Source of the DNA: Thermodesulfobacteriota bacterium
GTDB taxonomy: Bacteria > Desulfobacterota > Binatia > Bin18
Length of the DNA: 64,000 nt
NCBI GenBank assembly: GCA_964291405.2
Contig: OZ219926.1
Location: 2,912,001-2,976,000, forward strand
Direction: 5' to 3'
Below, one piece after another: positions 20,745-28,423 of this stretch (positions are counted from its first letter, which is position 1; every line of letters starts with the position of its first letter). The translations under genes and the position numbers were made by a program. Under the pieces are notes generated by a model that saw only the letters and a program-made list of their open reading frames with translations, searched no databases and was not told the DNA's origin.

Positions 20745-21398
20745 ATGTGGGCGATTCTTTGGAAAGATCTTCTCCTTGAACTGCGCACCAAAGAACGGGT
20801 GTCCTCTCTGCTGGTCCTGGCCCTGCTGATTATCCTGGTGTTTGTTTTTGCCCTCACTCCGGAGCAATTGCACCAGCCCGCCTTTGGCTCTGCCCTGCTC
20901 TGGGTCGCGCTCGTTTTTGCCGGCATGTTGAGCATCCAGCGTGCGTTCATTCTTGAACAGGAACGCAACTGCTTTGCCGGCCTCCTACTCTGTCCGATTG
21001 ATCCCGGTCAGGTGTTTTTTGCAAAGTTCCTGAGCAATGTCTGCTTTCTGGTTATAGTGGAAGCCGTTGTGGCACCACTCACGCTTGCGCTGCTCGGTCT
21101 GTCCTTCTCGGTCTCTCTGTTTGGGCTGCTGCTCGTCCTGCTGTTCGGTATTGTGGGCTTCTCAGCCTTGGGGACGCTGTGCGCCGCGATTGCCGTGCGG
21201 ACGCGAGCGCGGGAAATCATTCTGCCGCTCATGCTCCTCCCTCTCCTGGTTCCACTCTTCATTGCGGCGGTGAATGTCACCGGAGCACTCCTGGCCGGAG
21301 AAGTCTGGACGGGGACGTGGTTCCGTGTGCTGGTGGCGTTTGATGTTATTTTTGTGGTGACCGGCTGGCTGACGTTTGGTTTTGTTGTGCAAGAATAG
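20745..21398 (+). CDS. ccmB: Heme exporter permease CcmB
   Basis: WKDLLLELR, FFAKFL and REIILPLMLLPL; 6 TM. Confidence 0.92.
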   Translation: MWAILWKDLLLELRTKERVSSLLVLALLIILVFVFALTPEQLHQPAFGSALLWVALVFAGMLSIQRAFILEQERNCFAGLLLCPIDPGQVFFAKFLSNVCFLVIVEAVVAPLTLALLGLSFSVSLFGLLLVLLFGIVGFSALGTLCAAIAVRTRAREIILPLMLLPLLVPLFIAAVNVTGALLAGEVWTGTWFRVLVAFDVIFVVTGWLTFGFVVQE

Positions 21399-21424
21399 GA
21401 GAGCCGCCTGTGGATGGAGTGCGT

Positions 21425-22107
21425 ATGAACACGGTGACGTCTCGTTCGGAGTTGGTTGACTCTTTTCTGCCGTGGCTGACGTGCGTGGCGATGTTGGCCG
21501 CTCTGGCCATGGTTTTTCTGTACGTCCCCAACGAACGGGTGCAGGGCGAGGTGCAGCGTATTTTTTATTTCCATCTGCCGTCAGCCTGGATGGCGTTTCT
21601 CGGCTTCTTTATTGTGGCCGGGGCGAGTGCGGCCTTCTTATGGCAAGGCAAGCGCTCGGCTGACCTGCTGGCCCGGGCCGCCGCCGAACTCGGCATGGTG
21701 TTCTGTTCGCTCGTCCTGCTGACCGGCCCCCTCTGGGCGCGTCCGATCTGGGGCGTGTGGTGGACCTGGGACCCCCGCCTCACCATGACGCTGGTGTTAT
21801 GGTTGATTTATGCCGCCTATGTTCTGCTGCGTGTTTTTGCCGGGGATAACGAGACGGTCGCGCGATATGCCGCCGTCCTGGGCATCGTTGGCGTGATCGA
21901 TATCCCGCTGCTCTATATTTCCATTCGTCTCTGGCGCGGCATTCATCCCAAGGTCGAACAGATGGCGCCGGAAATGGCCTGGACGCTGCTGGTGTGTACC
22001 GGGGCGTTTGTGTGTGTGTTTACCTGGTTGCTACGGCTCAGGTTACGCAGCTGCACTTGCGCGACGAAATCAGAGCCCTGCGCCAGTACGTGGTGGCGGC
22101 CTCATAG
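21425..22107 (+). CDS. ccmC: Heme exporter CcmC; apparent 1-nt frameshift near 22045
   Basis: RIFYFHLP and WARPIWGVWWTWDPRLT; a natural-looking C-terminus QLHLRDEIRALRQYVVAAS* lies in another frame ending at 22107. Confidence 0.88.
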
Positions 22108-22144
22108 TCCCGTCCTGAGCCGAGTCGAAGGGAAAGGAAAAAAT

Positions 22145-22294
22145 ATGCCGTATTTGTTTGCCGCGTTCAGCGTTGTGTGGCTTGTGATTTTTCTGTATGC
22201 GCTGTCGATCTCCCGCCAGCAGCGGGAGCTGTCCCGGGAGGTTGAAACGCTCCGGCGGATGACGGAAGAGAAGACGAATACGGAATCGTCGTGA
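22145..22294 (+). CDS. ccmD: CcmD family small membrane protein
   Basis: MPYLFAAFSVVWLVIFLY...RQQRELSREVETL; purine-rich RBS upstream. Confidence 0.82.
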   Translation: MPYLFAAFSVVWLVIFLYALSISRQQRELSREVETLRRMTEEKTNTESS

Positions 22295-22324
22295 GTGTGA
22301 GTCTACTATGAGCCGGAGGAGCCC

Positions 22325-22444
22325 TTGAACAAGATTCAGGCTACGGTGATCGACGCATTCCATACGATCTTAGGCGCAAAAAAAGCTCAGGCGCTCCTGC
22401 TAGAGTTTGACCTGTCACGGTTGAGAAATTCGATGAAGAAGTAG
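22325..22444 (+). CDS. Possible 39-aa small ORF
   Basis: GGAGGA at 22315-22320, TTG start, MNKIQATVIDAFHTILGAKKAQALLLEFDLSRLRNSMKK. Confidence 0.3.
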   Translation: MNKIQATVIDAFHTILGAKKAQALLLEFDLSRLRNSMKK

Positions 22445-22644
22445 ACGCCTGCCATGCAAGTCGGTGTGCCTCGCCGCCTTTGACTGCCGGCTCTGAACTT
22501 TGTAGGGTTTACCAGGGTCGCGGCTATGACAGCGGCGTTGATACGCCGGAGGGGACCGTGAAGTCTTGCTCCCGCCTGGCGCACCTCGGCCCAGGGCTGC
22601 GCTACGTTGCGCCCGCCGCCCTTGACTGTGGAGCCTCTTTTTTT
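22441..22644. ncRNA. Candidate structured non-coding RNA or leader
   Basis: Nested complementary segments (GGTGTGCC 22463/GGCGCACC 22578; CGCCGC 22472/GCGGCG 22532) followed by a T-tract; family not recognised. Confidence 0.3.
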
Positions 22645-22684
22645 GCTTTCCGGGTGAGCATATTGTGTCCGGAAGGAAGACGGT

Positions 22685-22894
22685 ATGGAACACGAAATCA
22701 TCACCGCGTGGGCGGGGGTCGGGATTGGGGTCGGGCAGTTGTTGCTGATCGCCTGGGGCTTGCGGCAGATAGGCAAAGCCTCCCAGGAGCGGAACCGACA
22801 ACTAGACATCATGGAGGCCGCCCAGCGCCGCCAGGGTGACGCGCTTGAGCGGCAAGGCGAAGTCTTAGCCGAGCTGTTACGGCGCACCGCCTAG
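22685..22894 (+). CDS. Small single-TM protein with coiled-coil tail
   Basis: 69 aa, hydrophobic N-terminus, GGAAGG RBS. Confidence 0.65.
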   Translation: MEHEIITAWAGVGIGVGQLLLIAWGLRQIGKASQERNRQLDIMEAAQRRQGDALERQGEVLAELLRRTA

Positions 22895-23023
22895 CCCCTC
22901 CCCACACCCCTGAACATTACCGGGGTTTCTGGCGGGGTATCAATCATGTTGCTGGGGTGTTCCCACGAGCCCAAAAGAGCCTTCTTTCGGGTATGATAGT
23001 CCTCTGCTTACAGGATTCGAGAT

Positions 23024-23051
23024 TTTCCTAGCTGCCTGTACGGCAGTGAAC
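23024..23051 (-). CRISPR. Solitary type I-F-like CRISPR repeat (28 bp)
   Basis: Minus strand GTTCACTGCCGTACAGGCAGCTAGGAAA versus canonical I-F GTTCACTGCCGTACAGGCAGCTTAGAAA; CTGCC/GGCAG hairpin intact. Confidence 0.85.
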
Positions 23052-23077
23052 ACGTAGATTGTATCGGCATTCAACTT

Positions 23078-23114
23078 GTTTCAATCCTCACTGGCCCGTT
23101 AGGGTCGGTGCTTC
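23078..23114 (-). CRISPR. Solitary 37-bp Class 1-like CRISPR repeat ending ATTGAAAC
   Basis: Minus strand GAAGCACCGACCCTAACGGGCCAGTGAGGATTGAAAC; imperfect internal hairpin and 3' ATTGAAAC handle. Confidence 0.7.
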
Positions 23115-23167
23115 CCTGTACGGAGTGAGAACGACCCTTTTCCCCCAGGAAAAGGGAGGATACGGGA

Positions 23168-23463
23168 GTGCTCAACGCCTTACGGCATCTGATAGGTCGT
23201 TACGAATATCAAGGCCAACCAAGACGGCGCGGAGCTATTAGTGCTCAACGCCTTACGGCATCTGATAGGTCGTTACAACTCCTCAAGAACGAAATCAAAG
23301 CCCTCGAAATAGTGTGCTCAACGCCTTACGGCATCTGATAGGTCGTTACTTCGGCCATTTTCCGTGCCTGAATTGTCGCTTCCGGTGCTCAACGCCTTAC
23401 GGCATCTGATAGGTCGTTACGCGAGAGTTTTTGTCGGACGGAACGCGAGCAATGTGTGCTCAA
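23168..23463 (-). CRISPR. CRISPR mini-array with type I-B (Myxan/Leptospira-like) repeat; 4 full repeats, 1 truncated repeat, 4 spacers
   Basis: Identical 36-bp GTGCTCAACGCCTTACGGCATCTGATAGGTCGTTAC at 23168, 23241, 23314 and 23385; spacers 37, 37, 35 and 35 bp; GTGCTCAA remnant at 23456. Strand inferred from known ...GTTGAGCAC repeats. Confidence 0.96.
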
Positions 23464-23508
23464 GAAAATCGAGCATCAGGGAGACACCCTCGAATATCCC
23501 CTTGAAAG

Positions 23509-23590
23509 TTACAATTGGCCGACCCCCAGCCTTACAATTGGCCGACCCCCAACCTTGCAATTGGCCGCCTATCACGCTTACAATTGGCCG
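23509..23590 (+). promoter_or_regulatory. Four 23-bp-periodic TT(A/G)CAATTGGCCG repeats overlapping a probable leaderless sigma70 promoter
   Basis: Cores at 23509, 23532, 23555 and 23578; TTGCAA(23555)-N18-TACAAT(23579); ATG at 23591. Confidence 0.7.
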
Positions 23591-24839
23591 ATGGCCACGA
23601 CTCCCCTCTACCCACGCTACGCCGAACGCCCTCTCACCGAGGCGCTGGCGGACTCGCCGGCGGTGCTTATCCACGGGCCACGCCAGTGCGGGAAGACCAC
23701 CCTGGCCCGCATGGTGGGCGAACCCCGGGGATACGCCTATATCAGCTTCGACGACAACGTGGCCCACGAGGCCGCCAAAGCCGACCCCGCGGGTTTTGTT
23801 GGCCGGCTGCCGGAGAGGGTCATCCTGGACGAAGTGCAGCGTGTGCCCGCCCTCTTCACCGTCTTGAAAACAGCAATCGATCGACGGCGCGTGCCGGGCC
23901 GATTCCTGCTGACCGGCTCTGCTCAGGTGCTGCTGTTGCCCCGTCTGTCCGAATCGCTGGCCGGCCGGATGGAAATACTGCGGCTGCATCCGCTGGCCCA
24001 GTGCGAGTTGGAACGGCAACCCCCAACCTTTCTTGACGCGCTGTTCTCAGGTGGATTCAGGACCATACACAGCGACCGGCTGGCAGACACGCTGGCCGAG
24101 CGGGTCGCGGCCGGAGGCTACCCCGCGGCCCTCGCCAGAAAAACCGGACGGCGACGAGCCAACTGGTACCGTGACTACGTTGACGCCCAGCTACAGCGGG
24201 ACGTGCGGGATATGGCCCGCATCACGGCCCTGGACGTTCTGCCGCGTCTCCTCAGCGCGGCGGCCTCACAGACGGCGAGACTGTACAACCTGTCCACCCT
24301 CGCTGCGCCCTTCCAACTGAGCCGCCCGACCATTGGCGATTACGTTGGACTCCTGGAGAAGGCCTTTCTCATCGACCGGCTCCCCCCGTGGCATAGCAAC
24401 CGACTCAGCCGCTTGGTCAAAACGCCCAAGCTGCACCTCGGAGACTCCGGCCTGGGCTGCGCTCTGATTGGGGCCGATACCGCGACCCTGACAAAGCACC
24501 GCTCCCTGTTGGGGCAGTTTCTGGAGACCTTTGTGTTGCAAGAGTTGAAGCGGCAGGCCAGTTGGCACGACGCGGCCCTGGCGTTCTATCACTTCCGGGA
24601 CAAGGACCGGGCCGAGGTGGATATCGTCATCGAACGCGGCGCGCTGGCGGTAGCCGGTGTTATCACGCTTACAAGTGAAAGCCGCGGCGACCGTAACGCC
24701 CTCCGACTTCGGCGGTCTGCGCAAGCTGCGAAAAGCTGCCGCCGAACGCTTCAGCAGCGGCGTGGTGCTCTACGACGGCGAGATTGGAGCCAGCTTCGGC
24801 GACGGCCTGTACGCTGTGCCGTTCGGAATGTTGTGGTAA
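23591..24839 (+). pseudogene. AAA+ ATPase (AAA_14) with DUF4143 and C-terminal PD-(D/E)xK domain, frameshifted near 24662
   Basis: GPRQCGKTT, LDEVQR, LTGS, ESLAGR, KTPKLHLGDSGL and EVDIVIE; C-terminus VKAAATV...YAVPFGMLW is in the +1 frame. Confidence 0.85.
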
Positions 24840-24935
24840 AAGTAACCCGGCCCAACAGGTCGGCACACCACAAACGACAATTGAAAATCTCTATATCGAA
24901 GGAGTAACCACTCAGCCTACGCCAAACCGCCAAGC

Positions 24936-25883
24936 TCAACTCCCGCTGGAAAGGGAGGCCAGGTGAGGCTCAAGAAACTCGAGCATCAGGGAGACGCACG
25001 CCTCCGGCTGCTCAAGTTGGAGAAAATGGGTCGTGTCGGGGATGAAGTCGTAGTCGAGAATGATGAGGTCGCTCAGGTCCACACTTGGTAAAAACGAGAA
25101 CGGCTGGGTGGGGTCGGCTCCGATGGCCTTGGTGGGACAGGAGAGACGGTCAAGGTTTACGGCGCACGCCCATTGATACCCCTCCTCGGATACCTGGGCT
25201 TCGTATTCGCGCGGGCAACGTAATGCGTACCCCGTTCCGTCGGCGTCCCGACGGAGCGTCGTCTGCGCGATCAGGTCCGCCACGCCGGGCCGCAAGAGCT
25301 TGAAGGTGGGCGTGCCACGGATACGCTCGGCGAATTCCTCCTGCGTCTCGAATCGTTCCTGACGCCTCCGGGCCGCCTTGCCCAGCCGGAGCATCGTCGC
25401 CTCCAGCTTCTTCAGGTCTTGTGGAGGCCGACCGGGCGGGCAGAGGACCGGATCGAACAACACCAGAACCGAGAACACCGCTCGCTCCGCTGCTTGCAGG
25501 ACTGCCGTCTGTGCCGACACCGAGTGAAAAATACCAATTTTTGATTTTGCACCGAAGTGCTGATCGATGCCCTGCGCGATGTGCTCGGTGTCCTGTACGA
25601 AGGTGGGAATGGTATGCGCTTTTTGCTCGCCGGTCGGGTTCCAACCGTGGTTACGAAGATCGTACAGGACCACGTCGAACCGGTCGATGAGCAGCGACCA
25701 GAACGGAAAGTAGGCGTCCGCAGAAAATCCGTTCGCGTGGCTGAGGACGAGCCGCGGCCCCTCCGGGTTGCCGTGCCGTCTGAGGATGATAGGAGTTCCG
25801 TCGGCCATGCGGACCTCGGCCACGGCCAGCGGCTCGGGGACCTCCCAGCGCCCGGAGTCGGTGGGGGAGGGGGATTGATTCAC
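24936..25883 (-). CDS. Alpha/beta fold hydrolase
   Basis: SHANGF, YDLRNHG, FHSVSA nucleophile elbow and THFLQLEQP. Confidence 0.85.
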   Translation of the reverse strand: MNQSPSPTDSGRWEVPEPLAVAEVRMADGTPIILRRHGNPEGPRLVLSHANGFSADAYFPFWSLLIDRFDVVLYDLRNHGWNPTGEQKAHTIPTFVQDTEHIAQGIDQHFGAKSKIGIFHSVSAQTAVLQAAERAVFSVLVLFDPVLCPPGRPPQDLKKLEATMLRLGKAARRRQERFETQEEFAERIRGTPTFKLLRPGVADLIAQTTLRRDADGTGYALRCPREYEAQVSEEGYQWACAVNLDRLSCPTKAIGADPTQPFSFLPSVDLSDLIILDYDFIPDTTHFLQLEQPEACVSLMLEFLEPHLASLSSGS

Positions 25884-27367
25884 TTCGATAAGGCCTCCTG
25901 CCCGAAGCGCTCAGTAGCCTCCAGGGTCTCACGCACATCGTTCCAGGTCGTGGTGTGGTTGAGTATGCACAGCCTGAGCGAAAACATTTTCCCGACGAGC
26001 GTTGATGACATGAGCGCGCGATCTTCCCAAAAGACACGGGCGAGCACATTCCGGTTGATCTCTTCCAGGACTTTCTCGTCGAGGTCGGTGCCCGTGGGGT
26101 TGATCCGGAAACATACGATTCCCAGCGATACGGGGGTCAATATCTCCAGGGTCGGGCTCTCCCGGACGTACGCCTCGGCCCGGTCGGCCAACTCCATCCC
26201 CTTTGAGACCGCCCGCCGGAACGCGCCCAGCCCGAAGGTCTGGATAGACATCCAGACCTTCAAAGCCCGAAGCGAGCGACTCAGTTGCAAGCCGCGATCT
26301 GCGAAATTGGGATGGTCCGCGCCCCATATCGTATCCTGGAGAACATCGTGATGGACCTCGAACGCGCGCTCAAGCGTGCGGCCGTCCTTCACCAGCAGGC
26401 AGCCCGCCTCGTAGGGCTGAAAGAACCACTTGTGCGCGTCCAGCCCGATCGAATCGGCGCGCTCAATTCCATGCAAGAGCCCTTTGCCCTGTTCGGTCAC
26501 GATCGCGAAGCCACCGTATGCGGCGTCAACATGCAGCCAGATTCCTTCCGCCTCACAGAAGTCCGCCATGGCTTCAAGCGGATCAATAGCCCCGGTGCTG
26601 GCCGCCCCGGCGTTGGCGCACACCGCGATGGGACTGAACCCCGCAGCGCGGTCCTCAGTCACGGCACGTGTGAGTGCCCCCATGTCCAGACGGGTGTGCG
26701 GGTCGCTCGGAACCATGCGAATACACTCCGGTCGGACACCGATAATCATTGCCGCGCGGCTGAGTACGCTATGGCTCTGGTCGCTCATATACACGGTCGC
26801 GCGCTCAGGGTGGCCGGCCGCCTCCCGGGCAGCAACGAGGGCGTCAAGGCTGGCAGCCGCACCCCCGCTCGTGAAAAGTCCGCCGGCGCTCTCGGGATAA
26901 TCGAGCCAGCGCCGAAACCAGTCGATGACAACCAACTCAAGCTGGCTCGGACCGCTCGCGACCAGCCAGGTGACGGTGTTGATGTTATATCCGGCGGCCA
27001 TAAAGTCGGCCAGCACACTCGGCCAGGTAGGGGACGACGGGATAAACGCGAAGCAACGCGGATGATCCAGGCGCGTCGCGAACGGGAGGACCTCACGCGC
27101 GACCTGTTCAAGGACCTCCGCCGCCGGTCGGCCGTCCTCGGGCGGGTCCTTCAGCAGTTCCTCCTCAAGCCCCTGCCGAAAATCCCCCTCCCAGGCATCT
27201 TCTCCGGGCAAGCGCTCATTCCGCTCGACCAGTATCTCCGCGGCCTTGCGGGCGAGATCACGCATCAGCTCGGGCGACATCTGGAGGTCGCCGCCCGCTC
27301 CCGACTCTTTCTCGCTCTCCGTTAGGGCGGAAGGTGTTTCTTTGCTTCTTTTTGAGTCTCCCGCCAT
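25880..27367 (-). CDS. PLP-dependent group II (aromatic-L-amino-acid-like) decarboxylase
   Basis: WLHVDAAYGG and DAHKWFFQP (PLP lysine). Confidence 0.9.
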   Translation of the reverse strand: MAGDSKRSKETPSALTESEKESGAGGDLQMSPELMRDLARKAAEILVERNERLPGEDAWEGDFRQGLEEELLKDPPEDGRPAAEVLEQVAREVLPFATRLDHPRCFAFIPSSPTWPSVLADFMAAGYNINTVTWLVASGPSQLELVVIDWFRRWLDYPESAGGLFTSGGAAASLDALVAAREAAGHPERATVYMSDQSHSVLSRAAMIIGVRPECIRMVPSDPHTRLDMGALTRAVTEDRAAGFSPIAVCANAGAASTGAIDPLEAMADFCEAEGIWLHVDAAYGGFAIVTEQGKGLLHGIERADSIGLDAHKWFFQPYEAGCLLVKDGRTLERAFEVHHDVLQDTIWGADHPNFADRGLQLSRSLRALKVWMSIQTFGLGAFRRAVSKGMELADRAEAYVRESPTLEILTPVSLGIVCFRINPTGTDLDEKVLEEINRNVLARVFWEDRALMSSTLVGKMFSLRLCILNHTTTWNDVRETLEATERFGQEALSK

Positions 27368-27693
27368 TGATATGCCCCTCTTTCTGATCTCCCTGTCGTG
27401 AGGGAGCCTGTATGATAGGGAGGGTAGCGGTCTTGGGTAGTGTCTCAGTTTACCATTTGTTCTTCATCCGCGTCCGGTCCGCCCTTCCCTCTCGTCTCAG
27501 GGCCTGCGGTGACCGGGCAGTCTTGCTCCCGCCGGACGTCCCGCGGCCTGGGGCCAAGCCGGAGCGGGGTCGCCCATCCTCATCATTTGCTCATAAATTA
27601 CTAGGTTTACTCAGAAATTACTAGGGACAACTGGCGCAGGTCCGATGGTCAAACTCCATCGTCTAGTTGTGGCTGGACCGTATCTGAAACACG

Positions 27694-28350
27694 CTAGCCC
27701 CTACCGGCCTTGGCGTTTTCCGCCCACTCCTGCATGGATATGGTGCCGCCCGCCTTTTCCGTCCGGCCCTGATCTTTCGGCGGCAGGACGTCCTGTAGCA
27801 TGTCGATACGTTTCCATTCCGCGAGCGGGGTTTCACCCGCCGCTCGCGGAACGTACCGGGACGGAGAAACTTTCTGGTAGCGATGGACATAGCGGGGACA
27901 GTTGGTCCAGATTTCGGACACCTGCACCCGAACGATCAGCTCGGCCTCTTTGTATTCGGCCATCAGCGCATCATCGGCCGAGACGCTTGCCCGGCCCTGC
28001 AGGCGGACCCGGTTCGGCGTCTCAAAGTCGATGAACAACAGGCCGACTTCGGCGTTGCCCGCGATATTCCCCATCGAGAAAAACATGCCGTTGCCGTCAT
28101 AGCTGGGGAACACGACCGTCTGCTCGTCAATCGCTTTGACAAAGCCGGGGTCGCCGCCTTTATACGAGACCGTGGGCCGGCCCTGATGGTCAATGCTTGA
28201 GAGGAAAAACATATCCCGCGACTCGATAAAGGCTTTATCGCCCTTGCCGATTGCGGTCTTGACCACCGCTTCTTCCACCCGGTCCGCCAGCTTGCGCGTT
28301 GCAAACCGGTCTTGCAGGGCGCGATGCCGCTCGCCGTACAGTCGGCTCAT
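27694..28350 (-). CDS. Pyridoxamine 5'-phosphate oxidase-like FMN-binding protein
   Basis: SYKGGDPGFV, YDGNGMFFSMGNI and NCPRY. Confidence 0.88.
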   Translation of the reverse strand: MSRLYGERHRALQDRFATRKLADRVEEAVVKTAIGKGDKAFIESRDMFFLSSIDHQGRPTVSYKGGDPGFVKAIDEQTVVFPSYDGNGMFFSMGNIAGNAEVGLLFIDFETPNRVRLQGRASVSADDALMAEYKEAELIVRVQVSEIWTNCPRYVHRYQKVSPSRYVPRAAGETPLAEWKRIDMLQDVLPPKDQGRTEKAGGTISMQEWAENAKAGRG

Positions 28351-28423
28351 CGTGTTTCTCCTCTCAAGAGCTGTGGCACCTTACTCAGGTATCGCCGTGA
28401 GCGCCCCTCGTGCAGGGAACGCC

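Larger units (their letters stand above)
23458..24995. mobile_element. 1.5-kb cassette bounded by 28-bp direct repeats
   Basis: GCTCAAGAAA(A/C)TCGAGCATCAGGGAGAC at 23458-23485 and 24968-24995 (27/28 identical); no recombinase inside. Confidence 0.55.

Noticed and set aside
22667-22679. GTCCGGAAGGAAG resembling SRP RNA domain IV, in a window containing ffh
   Set aside because: It lacks the flanking CAG and CAGC and the helix; better explained as the RBS region of the ORF at 22685
23204-23455. Self-targeting by the four spacers
   Set aside because: No match noticed by eye elsewhere in the window; a BLAST search of the genome and viral databases is needed
23456-23590. N-terminal extension of the called 483-aa ATPase ORF
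   Set aside because: It begins inside the truncated CRISPR repeat and crosses the promoter repeats; ATG 23591 fits the family N-terminus better
23509-23590. 23-bp periodic repeats as a further CRISPR array or plasmid origin
   Set aside because: Intervening sequences are only 10 bp and partly identical; no rep gene or AT-rich unwinding region nearby
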